Sequence record: MF415412.1
Length of the DNA: 48,075 bases
Source: Klebsiella phage KPN N141
Strand: one strand, 5' to 3'
The translations under genes were made by a program, and so were the position numbers. Shown here piece after piece: positions 23,955 through 31,085 of this stretch (position 1 is its first letter; every line of letters starts with the position of its first letter). A model generated the notes under the pieces. It was not told where the DNA came from. It was given only the letters and a program-made list of their open reading frames with translations, and ran no database searches.

Positions 23955-24711
23955 CGGCAGAATCCCAAACTGGCGTTATCCTGAAGCAAGCGAGCGGGAT
24001 TTATCCCGCTCAATGCAGGACGCGGTGACAGAACTCGTGGTAGAAATGCGGGATCGCTTAGATCGTCTGAAATTTGACGCCACGGCAGAGGAGATCAGCC
24101 AGGCGGAAGACGATATCAGCGAATCGGCCACCGTGTTCTTTTCCGCCGTAATTGCGGCGCTCGCCTCCATCGGGTTGACTATCTATAGATTCAATTCTAA
24201 ACAGTGGCTTGCAATTGCGATCGCGGCTGGCGGGCGGAACAACGAATCAGTTATGCGCCTGAAAGAATTCGGCGCTGGTGGGTATGAAGACTGGTATCAG
24301 GAATCGCTAAATAAGTGGCAGGATTCCGCCGAAGCGTCAATCAGGAAGTTAGCAAGCGATATCGTTGCTGACTGGACGACGAAAGTTAGAACCGCCAACA
24401 ACATTGGCAAGTCTCGCAAGCAGATCGATGAAATCATCGAAGGTCGATACGCTATCTATGGTAGTTGGTCGCGCAACCGGGCAAGCGGAATCATCGGAAC
24501 TTTTAACAGTATGTTGATGATGCAGCGCCTAAAAGATGCTAAAGTATCGCATTACTTTTGGTTCGGGATGATGGACGACCGCGAGCGCGAGAGCCATATC
24601 AAGCTAGAAGGTAAGCGACGCCCCGTTAATGGTGACGGCATTTTCCCCGGCGAAGAGTACGGTTGCCGTTGTTGGGCTGTTCCAGATTTTAACAATGTAG
24701 AGGTATCATGA
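23941..24711 (+). CDS. MuF/SPP1 gp7-like head morphogenesis protein
   Basis: 'RASGIIGTFNSMLMMQRLKDAKVSHYFWFGMMDDRERESHIKLEGKRRPVNGDGIFPGEEYGCRCWAVP'. Confidence 0.85.
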   Translation: MMKVNGRIPNWRYPEASERDLSRSMQDAVTELVVEMRDRLDRLKFDATAEEISQAEDDISESATVFFSAVIAALASIGLTIYRFNSKQWLAIAIAAGGRNNESVMRLKEFGAGGYEDWYQESLNKWQDSAEASIRKLASDIVADWTTKVRTANNIGKSRKQIDEIIEGRYAIYGSWSRNRASGIIGTFNSMLMMQRLKDAKVSHYFWFGMMDDRERESHIKLEGKRRPVNGDGIFPGEEYGCRCWAVPDFNNVEVS

Positions 24712-25841
24712 TGAAAAGAGTTCAAAGGTTCGACACGGTAAAGATGAAGGCCCGATTCGATGAGAACGGCTTTCTGGTTGATACTCCGATCGTGGCGCGT
24801 ATCGGTGCGCAGACGTACCAGACGCCAACCGGGCCGCGAGTCGAGTTCCGCCCGCGTTCTGAGGTGTTTGATGCTGAATCGCTGGCTTCATACCAGGGTA
24901 AGCCAATCACTTTGGGTCACAAGATGGTGAACGCGCAGAACGCAAAAGGCCTTGTCGTTGGCTCGTGCTCCGGCGCTGGCAAAGAAGAGGGGATCGGCGT
25001 TCTTGTTCCGGTGATGATTTACGACGGCGAGTCAATCGAGCAAGCCAAAAAGCGCGTAGCGGCTGAGTTATCCGTGGGCTACACTTCGGTCGATATCGAT
25101 CGCAAAGGTTGGGGCAACAACGCAACTGGCGAATATTATTTCGACGAAGACCTACCGGAAAACTTCGAAGAGATGAAAAATGATTCCGTCTCTGATTGGG
25201 TTCGCTTTGATGCGGTGCAAACGAAGATTCGCGTGAATCACGTCGCGCTTGTTTTCCGTGGTCGTGCCGGGATTGCGAAATTAAATCTTGATAGCGAACA
25301 AGAATTCCCCTATGATGACGACTCAAACCACAAAGGAGCTAAAACAATGATCATTAAAATTGACGGCGTAGATGTTGAAGTGGCCGATAACGTAGGCGCT
25401 TACATTGCCAAACTAGACGCGCAAGTTGCATCGGCAACCAGTCAGGTAACTAGCATCACCGCAGAGCGTGACGCGCTTCAGGCCAAAGTTGATGGCATTG
25501 AAGATGAAGTTGCCGCCCGCGTTGCTAAAATCAAAGCAGACGAAGACGCAAAACAGAAAGTTATCGCGGTGGTTTCTGCCGCTGGCGTCAAGTGCGACGG
25601 CCTGGATGTTAAGGCGATGAAGGTTGCTTACATCAAAGAGGTAGACGGTCGTGATCTGTCCGACAAAGAAGATTCGTACATCGACGCTTCTTTTGACTTT
25701 ATCGCCAACTCTGATAAGATGGCTGGCAATCGCTCCAAAGTCTTCGGCAAAAAAGAAGATGGCGAGCAAAAAGACAAAGGCGGATTACCGAAACTTGACG
25801 GCACCGAAATCATCGATCCGCAGGCAAAATTCCGCCGCTAA
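24708..25841 (+). CDS. DUF2213-type prohead/scaffold-protease-like protein
   Basis: 'GKPITLGHKMVNAQNAKGLVVGSCSGAGKEEGIGVLVPVMI...ELSVGYTSVDIDRKG...VNHVALVFRGRAG'. Confidence 0.8.
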   Translation: MMKRVQRFDTVKMKARFDENGFLVDTPIVARIGAQTYQTPTGPRVEFRPRSEVFDAESLASYQGKPITLGHKMVNAQNAKGLVVGSCSGAGKEEGIGVLVPVMIYDGESIEQAKKRVAAELSVGYTSVDIDRKGWGNNATGEYYFDEDLPENFEEMKNDSVSDWVRFDAVQTKIRVNHVALVFRGRAGIAKLNLDSEQEFPYDDDSNHKGAKTMIIKIDGVDVEVADNVGAYIAKLDAQVASATSQVTSITAERDALQAKVDGIEDEVAARVAKIKADEDAKQKVIAVVSAAGVKCDGLDVKAMKVAYIKEVDGRDLSDKEDSYIDASFDFIANSDKMAGNRSKVFGKKEDGEQKDKGGLPKLDGTEIIDPQAKFRR

Positions 25842-25892
25842 TAATTTGCGGCCTTCGGGCCGCTACCAGACCAAATAAACAGGAGATTCAAA

Positions 25893-26411
25893 ATGGCACA
25901 GATTCCAGCTTCTTATTCCCGCAAGCGTGATATTGCCGTAGCGGGGCAGATCGCTGATACGTCGCTTTATAATATCGATGGCACTTGCGTTGCTGAAGGC
26001 GATATCAAAGCTGGCGTACTGGTGGCTTCCACTGGCGCAGTTTCCAATGGCCACAAGGTCGTTAAACCAGCAACCGCAGCGAGCGACGTCATTGTAGGCA
26101 TCGCGCAGTTCTCGCAAGCCTACTCGCCTGAAGGCAAGTATGACGATGAGAGCGCAGTTAACGTTATGACTCATGGCCGCATTTGGGCTGTCGCAGACGC
26201 AACTGTTACTGAAGAAGATTGCGTGTTTGATTCTTTCGCCACCTTTACCGCAAGTGGCACAGTGGCGAAGGGTAGCGCCGGGGTTATCAAAACTGGCTAC
26301 AAACACACTGGCGAATACACCAAGAATGCAGATGGCACCGTTCTGGTGAAAGTGCAGGTGCTTCAGGGCGCCGTTGCTCCAGCGGCTGCAACTGGCGACG
26401 CTGGCGTATAA
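25893..26411 (+). CDS. head decoration/structural protein
   Basis: 'GHKVVKPATAASDVIVGIAQFSQAYSPEGKYDDESAVNVMTHGRIWA' DUF2190-like; position before capsid. Confidence 0.65.
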   Translation: MAQIPASYSRKRDIAVAGQIADTSLYNIDGTCVAEGDIKAGVLVASTGAVSNGHKVVKPATAASDVIVGIAQFSQAYSPEGKYDDESAVNVMTHGRIWAVADATVTEEDCVFDSFATFTASGTVAKGSAGVIKTGYKHTGEYTKNADGTVLVKVQVLQGAVAPAAATGDAGV

Positions 26412-26416
26412 AATAA

Positions 26417-26436
26417 GGGGCTTCGGCCCCATTTTT
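26417..26436 (+). terminator. hairpin/terminator-like element
   Basis: GGGGC-TTCG-GCCCC ATTTTT. Confidence 0.5.
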
Positions 26437-26521
26437 GCACCAGAAAAAAACCTTTGACGGCTTAACGATTCGTGATATTCTTCATCTCGTTAAGCCAAAT
26501 ACACAAACAGGAGTTTTTCAG

Positions 26522-27481
26522 ATGACTATGAAATTAGATGCATTCGAACAGAGTGCAATTAAGGTCGCAATGCAGGGCATGGGCGTCGACGCCGCAAAAC
26601 TGGATGCTTACGGTATCTGGACTGTTAAGCAGATGACTCAATTACTGAATCGCCAGTATGAGCAGGCATACCCGCAGACCAGCGCACTTGAGCTTTTCCC
26701 GGTAACTACCGAGATCTCGCCAACCGCCCGCCGCTTTGAGTGGCTCGAATTCGATGGCGTAACTTCTGCGAAAATTATCGCCGATTACACCGACGATCTG
26801 CCGACCGTTGAAGCGATGGCGAAAGAGAAGTCAGGGAAAGTTTTCCGCCTGGGTAACGCGTGGTTTATTTCCATCGACGAAATTAAAACTGGCGCGGCGC
26901 TGGGTTCCAGCCTGAGCGATCGCAAGGCAACTCTGGCCCGCGAAGGTCATGAGACGCTCGTTAATGATCTGGTGTTCAAAGGCTCCGCTCCTCACGGCAT
27001 CGTGAGCGTTTTCGACCATCCGAACATTAACCGCATGACCGCCAGCGCGGCTTGGGGCGATGACGCAGCAGCGGCTGAAAAGGCATTCGAAGATCTGGAA
27101 GACCTGCTAAACATGATCGAAGAAACTACGCTGGGCCGCCATCACGCGACCAACATCGTAATTCCTCCGTCTAAGCGTCGTCTTCTGACGAAAAAGATGC
27201 CGGACACTAGCGGCGACTCTTATCTGACCTGGTTCACCAAGAACCACCCGAACATCACCATTACGGCGATGGCGGAGCTGGAAGATATTGACGGCGCAGG
27301 CACCAAAGGCGTGCTGGCATACGAAAAAGACCCAATGAACATGAGCATCGAGATCCCTGAGCGGTTCAACATGCTGCCGATGCAGCCGAAAGACCTGCAT
27401 TTCAAAGTTCCGTGCACCTCCAAATGCACTGGTCTCATCGTTTACCGCCCGCTGACTATTGCGATTCTCACCGGGATTTAA
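26522..27481 (+). CDS. major capsid protein (DUF2184-like)
   Basis: position; 'NIVIPPSKRRLLTKKMPDTSGDSYLTWFTKNHPNITITAMAELEDIDGAGTKGVLAYEKDPMNMSIEIPERFNMLPMQPKDLHFKVPCTSKCTGLIVYRPLTIAILTGI'. Confidence 0.85.
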   Translation: MTMKLDAFEQSAIKVAMQGMGVDAAKLDAYGIWTVKQMTQLLNRQYEQAYPQTSALELFPVTTEISPTARRFEWLEFDGVTSAKIIADYTDDLPTVEAMAKEKSGKVFRLGNAWFISIDEIKTGAALGSSLSDRKATLAREGHETLVNDLVFKGSAPHGIVSVFDHPNINRMTASAAWGDDAAAAEKAFEDLEDLLNMIEETTLGRHHATNIVIPPSKRRLLTKKMPDTSGDSYLTWFTKNHPNITITAMAELEDIDGAGTKGVLAYEKDPMNMSIEIPERFNMLPMQPKDLHFKVPCTSKCTGLIVYRPLTIAILTGI

Positions 27482-27484
27482 TCA

Positions 27485-27508
27485 AAAAGCGCCTTCTGGC
27501 GCTTTTTT
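27485..27508 (+). terminator. Rho-independent terminator after major capsid gene
   Basis: AAAAAGCGCC-TTCT-GGCGCTTTTTT. Confidence 0.8.
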
Positions 27509-27572
27509 ATTGCATTGCATCATACGATGTGCTTTAATTTGAAACCTAAAGTAAACCAATGGAGCATTAACA

Positions 27573-27878
27573 ATGGCCAGTAAAAAAGAAACCGTAGAAA
27601 CCGTAGAAACCGTCGAAACCGTAGAAACCACCAGTGCCGAACAGGCGTCGCAGGTTGTTCAACTACAAAACGTTGGTGCATGTGCAATTCGCTATAAAGG
27701 CAAAAATTACGTCTATGAGCAGGTTTTTGAAGTGCCGGAAAACGAAATCGACCGATTCCGCCACGAAATCTTCAAAGGCCGGGTCGAATTCTACGACAAT
27801 CCGAAACGCACGCGCGAATACATCGCAGCGGTGAAGGCGAAAGCAAAAGAGATCGTGCAGCCTAAAAGCGCGGAATAA
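27573..27878 (+). CDS. hypothetical structural-region protein with N-terminal VET repeats
   Basis: RBS GGAG; in-frame tandem 9-mers GAAACCGTA. Confidence 0.65.
   Translation: MASKKETVETVETVETVETTSAEQASQVVQLQNVGACAIRYKGKNYVYEQVFEVPENEIDRFRHEIFKGRVEFYDNPKRTREYIAAVKAKAKEIVQPKSAE
27588..27629 (+). repeat. in-frame tandem repeat, 9-nt unit GAAACCGTA, about 4.5 copies
   Basis: direct reading of sequence. Confidence 0.9.
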
Positions 27879-27931
27879 CAAAAACCAACAAAGGGCGCTT
27901 CGGCGTCCTTTTTCATATCAGGAGATCGACC

Positions 27932-28348
27932 ATGAGTTACACAATTCAAGATGTGATCGATAAAATGCGCAGCCTTGCACCTCCGCTTAAAGAAGTTCCA
28001 GATGAACTGCTGTCTGCGTGGGTTGTGCTTGCCGAAGAGTTCGTTTGCAAATCCAGGTTCGGGGATTCCATTGTTACGGCGATCGCATTGATGACCATGC
28101 ACCTAATGTTTTTGGATGGCGCGATGAAGCAAGAAGGCGAAAGCCTGGAATCTTACACGCAGCGAGTGGCATCGTTCACCCTGACCGGGGAGTTTTCCCA
28201 AACCTTCGATCGCGTATCGGCGTCAAGCGACAACGAAATGCTTTCTACGCCGTGGGGCAAAATGTACTGGCGTATGCTCAAGATGCGCGGCGGCGGCTTC
28301 GGCCTTCTTACCGCTGGCAACGTTCGGCGTTGCGGAGTTGGGAGGTAA
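27932..28348 (+). CDS. DUF4054-like head-tail connector protein
   Basis: '[52 protein letters not shown]...[30 protein letters not shown]'. Confidence 0.75.
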   Translation: MSYTIQDVIDKMRSLAPPLKEVPDELLSAWVVLAEEFVCKSRFGDSIVTAIALMTMHLMFLDGAMKQEGESLESYTQRVASFTLTGEFSQTFDRVSASSDNEMLSTPWGKMYWRMLKMRGGGFGLLTAGNVRRCGVGR

Positions 28349-28353
28349 TCGCA

Positions 28354-28731
28354 ATGAACTACAAAGCAATCCAGGCTCGCGCAAGCGCGGGCATTAAGTT
28401 CTTCAGCGACGCTGACGGCGTGTTCAACAAGTACACGAAAGGCGCTGGCGGCGGAATCGATCCGGAAACCGGGGAAGATATCATTCCTGGCGAGGTGGTA
28501 ACGACAATCAAGGGCGCGATCAGGGATGTAAATGACCGTGACATTAACGGCGAAACCATCCTTGCTGGCGATAAGCGCGGGTTTTTCACTCATGATGTGC
28601 CAATCATGGAGGGTGACGAAATCGAAGTAGACGGAGAGCGCTACCGCGTGGTTAATGCCCGCCCGGTAAAACCAACGGGAACCGTCGTTGCCTACCGTCC
28701 AGTTTTGCGCAGGGTGGCGACTTATGGCTAA
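28354..28731 (+). CDS. head closure/structural protein
   Basis: ATG with GGGAGG RBS at 28341; continues 'MNYKAIQARASAGIKFF...'. Upstream part of track ORF 28018..28731 is spurious. Confidence 0.6.
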   Translation: MNYKAIQARASAGIKFFSDADGVFNKYTKGAGGGIDPETGEDIIPGEVVTTIKGAIRDVNDRDINGETILAGDKRGFFTHDVPIMEGDEIEVDGERYRVVNARPVKPTGTVVAYRPVLRRVATYG

Positions 28732-29161
28732 TTACACTATCCGCGAATTCACAGGCGCAATTGATGCGTGGTGTAAGGCCGCTGGTGATGCGCTGGAGGA
28801 CGTTGTAAGGTTTACGTGTGAAGATATTCACCGCGACCTTGTAATGCGTTCTCCGGTTGATACAGGGCGCTTCCGTGGTAACTGGCAAATCACCTTTAAC
28901 CGCGCCCCGCTTTACGCGATTAACGCATACGACCAAACTGGCGAAAAGACAATCCAGAACGGCAAAGCCAACATTGCACTATACGCAAAAGGGGCCGGGA
29001 TCACTTCGATCTGGTTCAGTAACATGCTAATCTATGCGAACGCGCTGGAATACGGCCATTCAAAGCAGGCTCCCAATGGCGTTATGGGCGTTGTTGCGAT
29101 CCGGTTGGGCGTTTATGTTACTGAGGCAATCAAGCGAGCGAGGGCGAAAAATGCATTATGA
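28724..29161 (+). CDS. HK97 gp10-like tail completion protein
   Basis: 'VMRSPVDTGRFRGNWQITFN...LIYANALEYGHSKQAPNGVMGV'. Confidence 0.75.
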   Translation: MANYTIREFTGAIDAWCKAAGDALEDVVRFTCEDIHRDLVMRSPVDTGRFRGNWQITFNRAPLYAINAYDQTGEKTIQNGKANIALYAKGAGITSIWFSNMLIYANALEYGHSKQAPNGVMGVVAIRLGVYVTEAIKRARAKNAL

Positions 29162-29582
29162 TATGGCGTTAAAATGCAAGGCGGCAGTGGCTAAATTTGC
29201 CGCCGAGAACGGGTTGAGGGTCGCGGGGGATAACGTTGACTTTATCCCACCGAGAGGCGGGGAAACCTACCTTAAAGCCTCCTACGTCGAGGCGGATTCA
29301 AGATCGGTTGACCTGTCAAGGAAATGCCGAGTCTATCTGGCGATGGTTCAGATTGACGTTATCTTTAAGCCTGGGATCGGAACCGACCGAGCGAGGATTA
29401 TCGCCCAACGCGTTGCAAAATCCTTCCCTGAAGGAAAGATTGTTGATCGTGACGGTAAGTTATATGTGAGCGAGTGGGCGGAGGTACACGGCGTGCAGAA
29501 GCATGAGGCTGGTTGGTTCTTTCCGGTTCGGTTCACAGTAAGATGCGATAGCGTGGAGGAAAACGGTTATCCATCAACCTGA
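29151..29582 (+). CDS. tail terminator-like (DUF4128-like) protein
   Basis: ATG at 29151; 'MALKCKAAVAKFAAENGLRV...VYLAMVQIDVIFKPGIGTDRARIIAQRVAKSF'. Confidence 0.6.
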   Translation: MHYDMALKCKAAVAKFAAENGLRVAGDNVDFIPPRGGETYLKASYVEADSRSVDLSRKCRVYLAMVQIDVIFKPGIGTDRARIIAQRVAKSFPEGKIVDRDGKLYVSEWAEVHGVQKHEAGWFFPVRFTVRCDSVEENGYPST

Positions 29583-29675
29583 CCGATCTTAGAGGTGCTT
29601 ATAATTTCTTGCCAGCCTGGAAATATATAGGCATAATGGCGTTGTTAAACTTTCATCAAAACAGGAGTATTCAAC

Positions 29676-30332
29676 ATGCATTTACCAAACGGTGCAAAGG
29701 TCTTCTTTGAGAAGGCTCGCGGTACGGAGATTCCGTTTACCGCAATGACCAACGACGCGAAAAACCCAAAAATCACAGTGGCGGACGGCAAGCTGAAGGT
29801 GAAAGATATTGTGATCTTCACCGATTGCACCTGGGGCGACTTCGTTAACAAGGTGGCTCGCGTAAAAGCAGTGACAGCAGGCGTGGCAACGCTGGAAGAG
29901 TTCGATACCTCCGACGCTAACAAGTATCCTGGCGGCGCGGCCACTGGTAACGTGATCGTGATCACTGATTGGGTCGAATTGCCTTGCATTCAGGATTTAG
30001 GCAAAGACGGCAACGAACAGCAGTTCTATAATTATCAGTGCCTGGGCGATGAGCGCGAGCAATCCGAACCTACTTACAAGTCGGCAGTGACGCTTAACTA
30101 CACGTTTGCGCACGATTACGGTAACGCGATCTACCCGATCTTGCGTTCAGCCGACGCCAGCAAGCAGGTGAAAGCGATGTACATGTATATCCCGCGAGCC
30201 TCCGAAGTTCGCTACTGGTCTGGAGTTGCATCTTTCGATGACATTCCATCCACGGCGGTTAACGAGATGGAAACCGTAACGCTTAACGTTGCGCTTAAAG
30301 GTTCTCACGTCTTCCTTCCGGTTGTCGCGTAA
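29676..30332 (+). CDS. major tail protein
   Basis: 'MHLPNGAKVFFEKARGTEIPFTAMTNDAKNPKITVADGKLKVKDIVIFTDCTWG'; position before tail chaperones. Confidence 0.75.
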   Translation: MHLPNGAKVFFEKARGTEIPFTAMTNDAKNPKITVADGKLKVKDIVIFTDCTWGDFVNKVARVKAVTAGVATLEEFDTSDANKYPGGAATGNVIVITDWVELPCIQDLGKDGNEQQFYNYQCLGDEREQSEPTYKSAVTLNYTFAHDYGNAIYPILRSADASKQVKAMYMYIPRASEVRYWSGVASFDDIPSTAVNEMETVTLNVALKGSHVFLPVVA

Positions 30333-30408
30333 TTAAATGGCGGGGCTTGTGCCTCGCCTTTTTTTGTGCATAATAGCGAATAACACAAACCAATCAGGAG
30401 TTAACAAA

Positions 30409-30735
30409 ATGGCCAAGTTCAAAATTCAAATCGGCGGCAATCTCCCTTCTTTCAAACTGCCCGTAACTTTCACTTGCCCGGACGGCAAAGAAGCAACCAT
30501 CACCATGACCGTAAAACATCGCTCCACCGATGAGATGAAAGAATTCTATGAGAGCGAAGATAAAGCGCCAAAGGGTAACGCCGAGTTTATCCGCTTTATG
30601 GCTGAAGGTTGGGATCTGGATGACGAATTCAGCGATGAAAACATCTCCTGGCTTTGCGCTCACTTCCCGGCGTTCGTCATGGCACTGCCACAAACTTACA
30701 TGGCCGCGCTTGCGGGCCACCGTGCAAAAGTTTAA
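30409..30735 (+). CDS. tail assembly chaperone (G-like)
   Basis: 108 aa between tail tube and tape measure genes; RBS AATCAGGAG. Confidence 0.75.
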   Translation: MAKFKIQIGGNLPSFKLPVTFTCPDGKEATITMTVKHRSTDEMKEFYESEDKAPKGNAEFIRFMAEGWDLDDEFSDENISWLCAHFPAFVMALPQTYMAALAGHRAKV

Positions 30736-31049
30736 GGCGGGCTGTTTATCTCACGCTTCAGCCTGAGCTAACCGATCGCCAGCTTGCGGAGTACGGGTTA
30801 AGGCGATCGGACTATGAAGCAGATCTTGAAACGATCTATTTTGATGAACAGACCGCCCAAAGCTGGCAGCTATTCCAGGCCATGCAAACGCAATGGCGAA
30901 TTGGGATGAATGGCCCGACGGGGCTTGACTATAATACGTTGCCTATGCTGTTCGAATTGTATAAAATCGACAATCGAGAAGCGGCATTACTTGACTTGCA
31001 AATCCTTGAGGGTGAATACCTGAAGGAGATTTACAAGAAATCCAAATAA
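30729..31049 (+). CDS. tail assembly chaperone T-like domain, probably made as -1 frameshift extension of 30409..30735
   Basis: ORF in -1 frame overlapping G stop, no independent start with RBS; 'LTDRQLAEYGLRRSDYEADLETIYFDEQTAQSWQLFQAMQTQWR'. Confidence 0.6.
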   Translation, partial: SLRRAVYLTLQPELTDRQLAEYGLRRSDYEADLETIYFDEQTAQSWQLFQAMQTQWRIGMNGPTGLDYNTLPMLFELYKIDNREAALLDLQILEGEYLKEIYKKSK

Positions 31050-31050
31050 G

Positions 31051-31073
31051 CGCCTACGGGCGCTTTTTTCATA
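31051..31073 (+). terminator. terminator before tape measure gene
   Basis: GCGCC-TAC-GGGCGC TTTTTT. Confidence 0.7.
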
Positions 31074-31085
31074 TGGGGGCTAAAC

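Noticed and set aside
28018-28353. Full track ORF 28018..28731 as one coding region
   Set aside because: The upstream part overlaps 27932..28348 in another frame and looks out-of-frame; the real start is the ATG at 28354 with a GGGAGG RBS.
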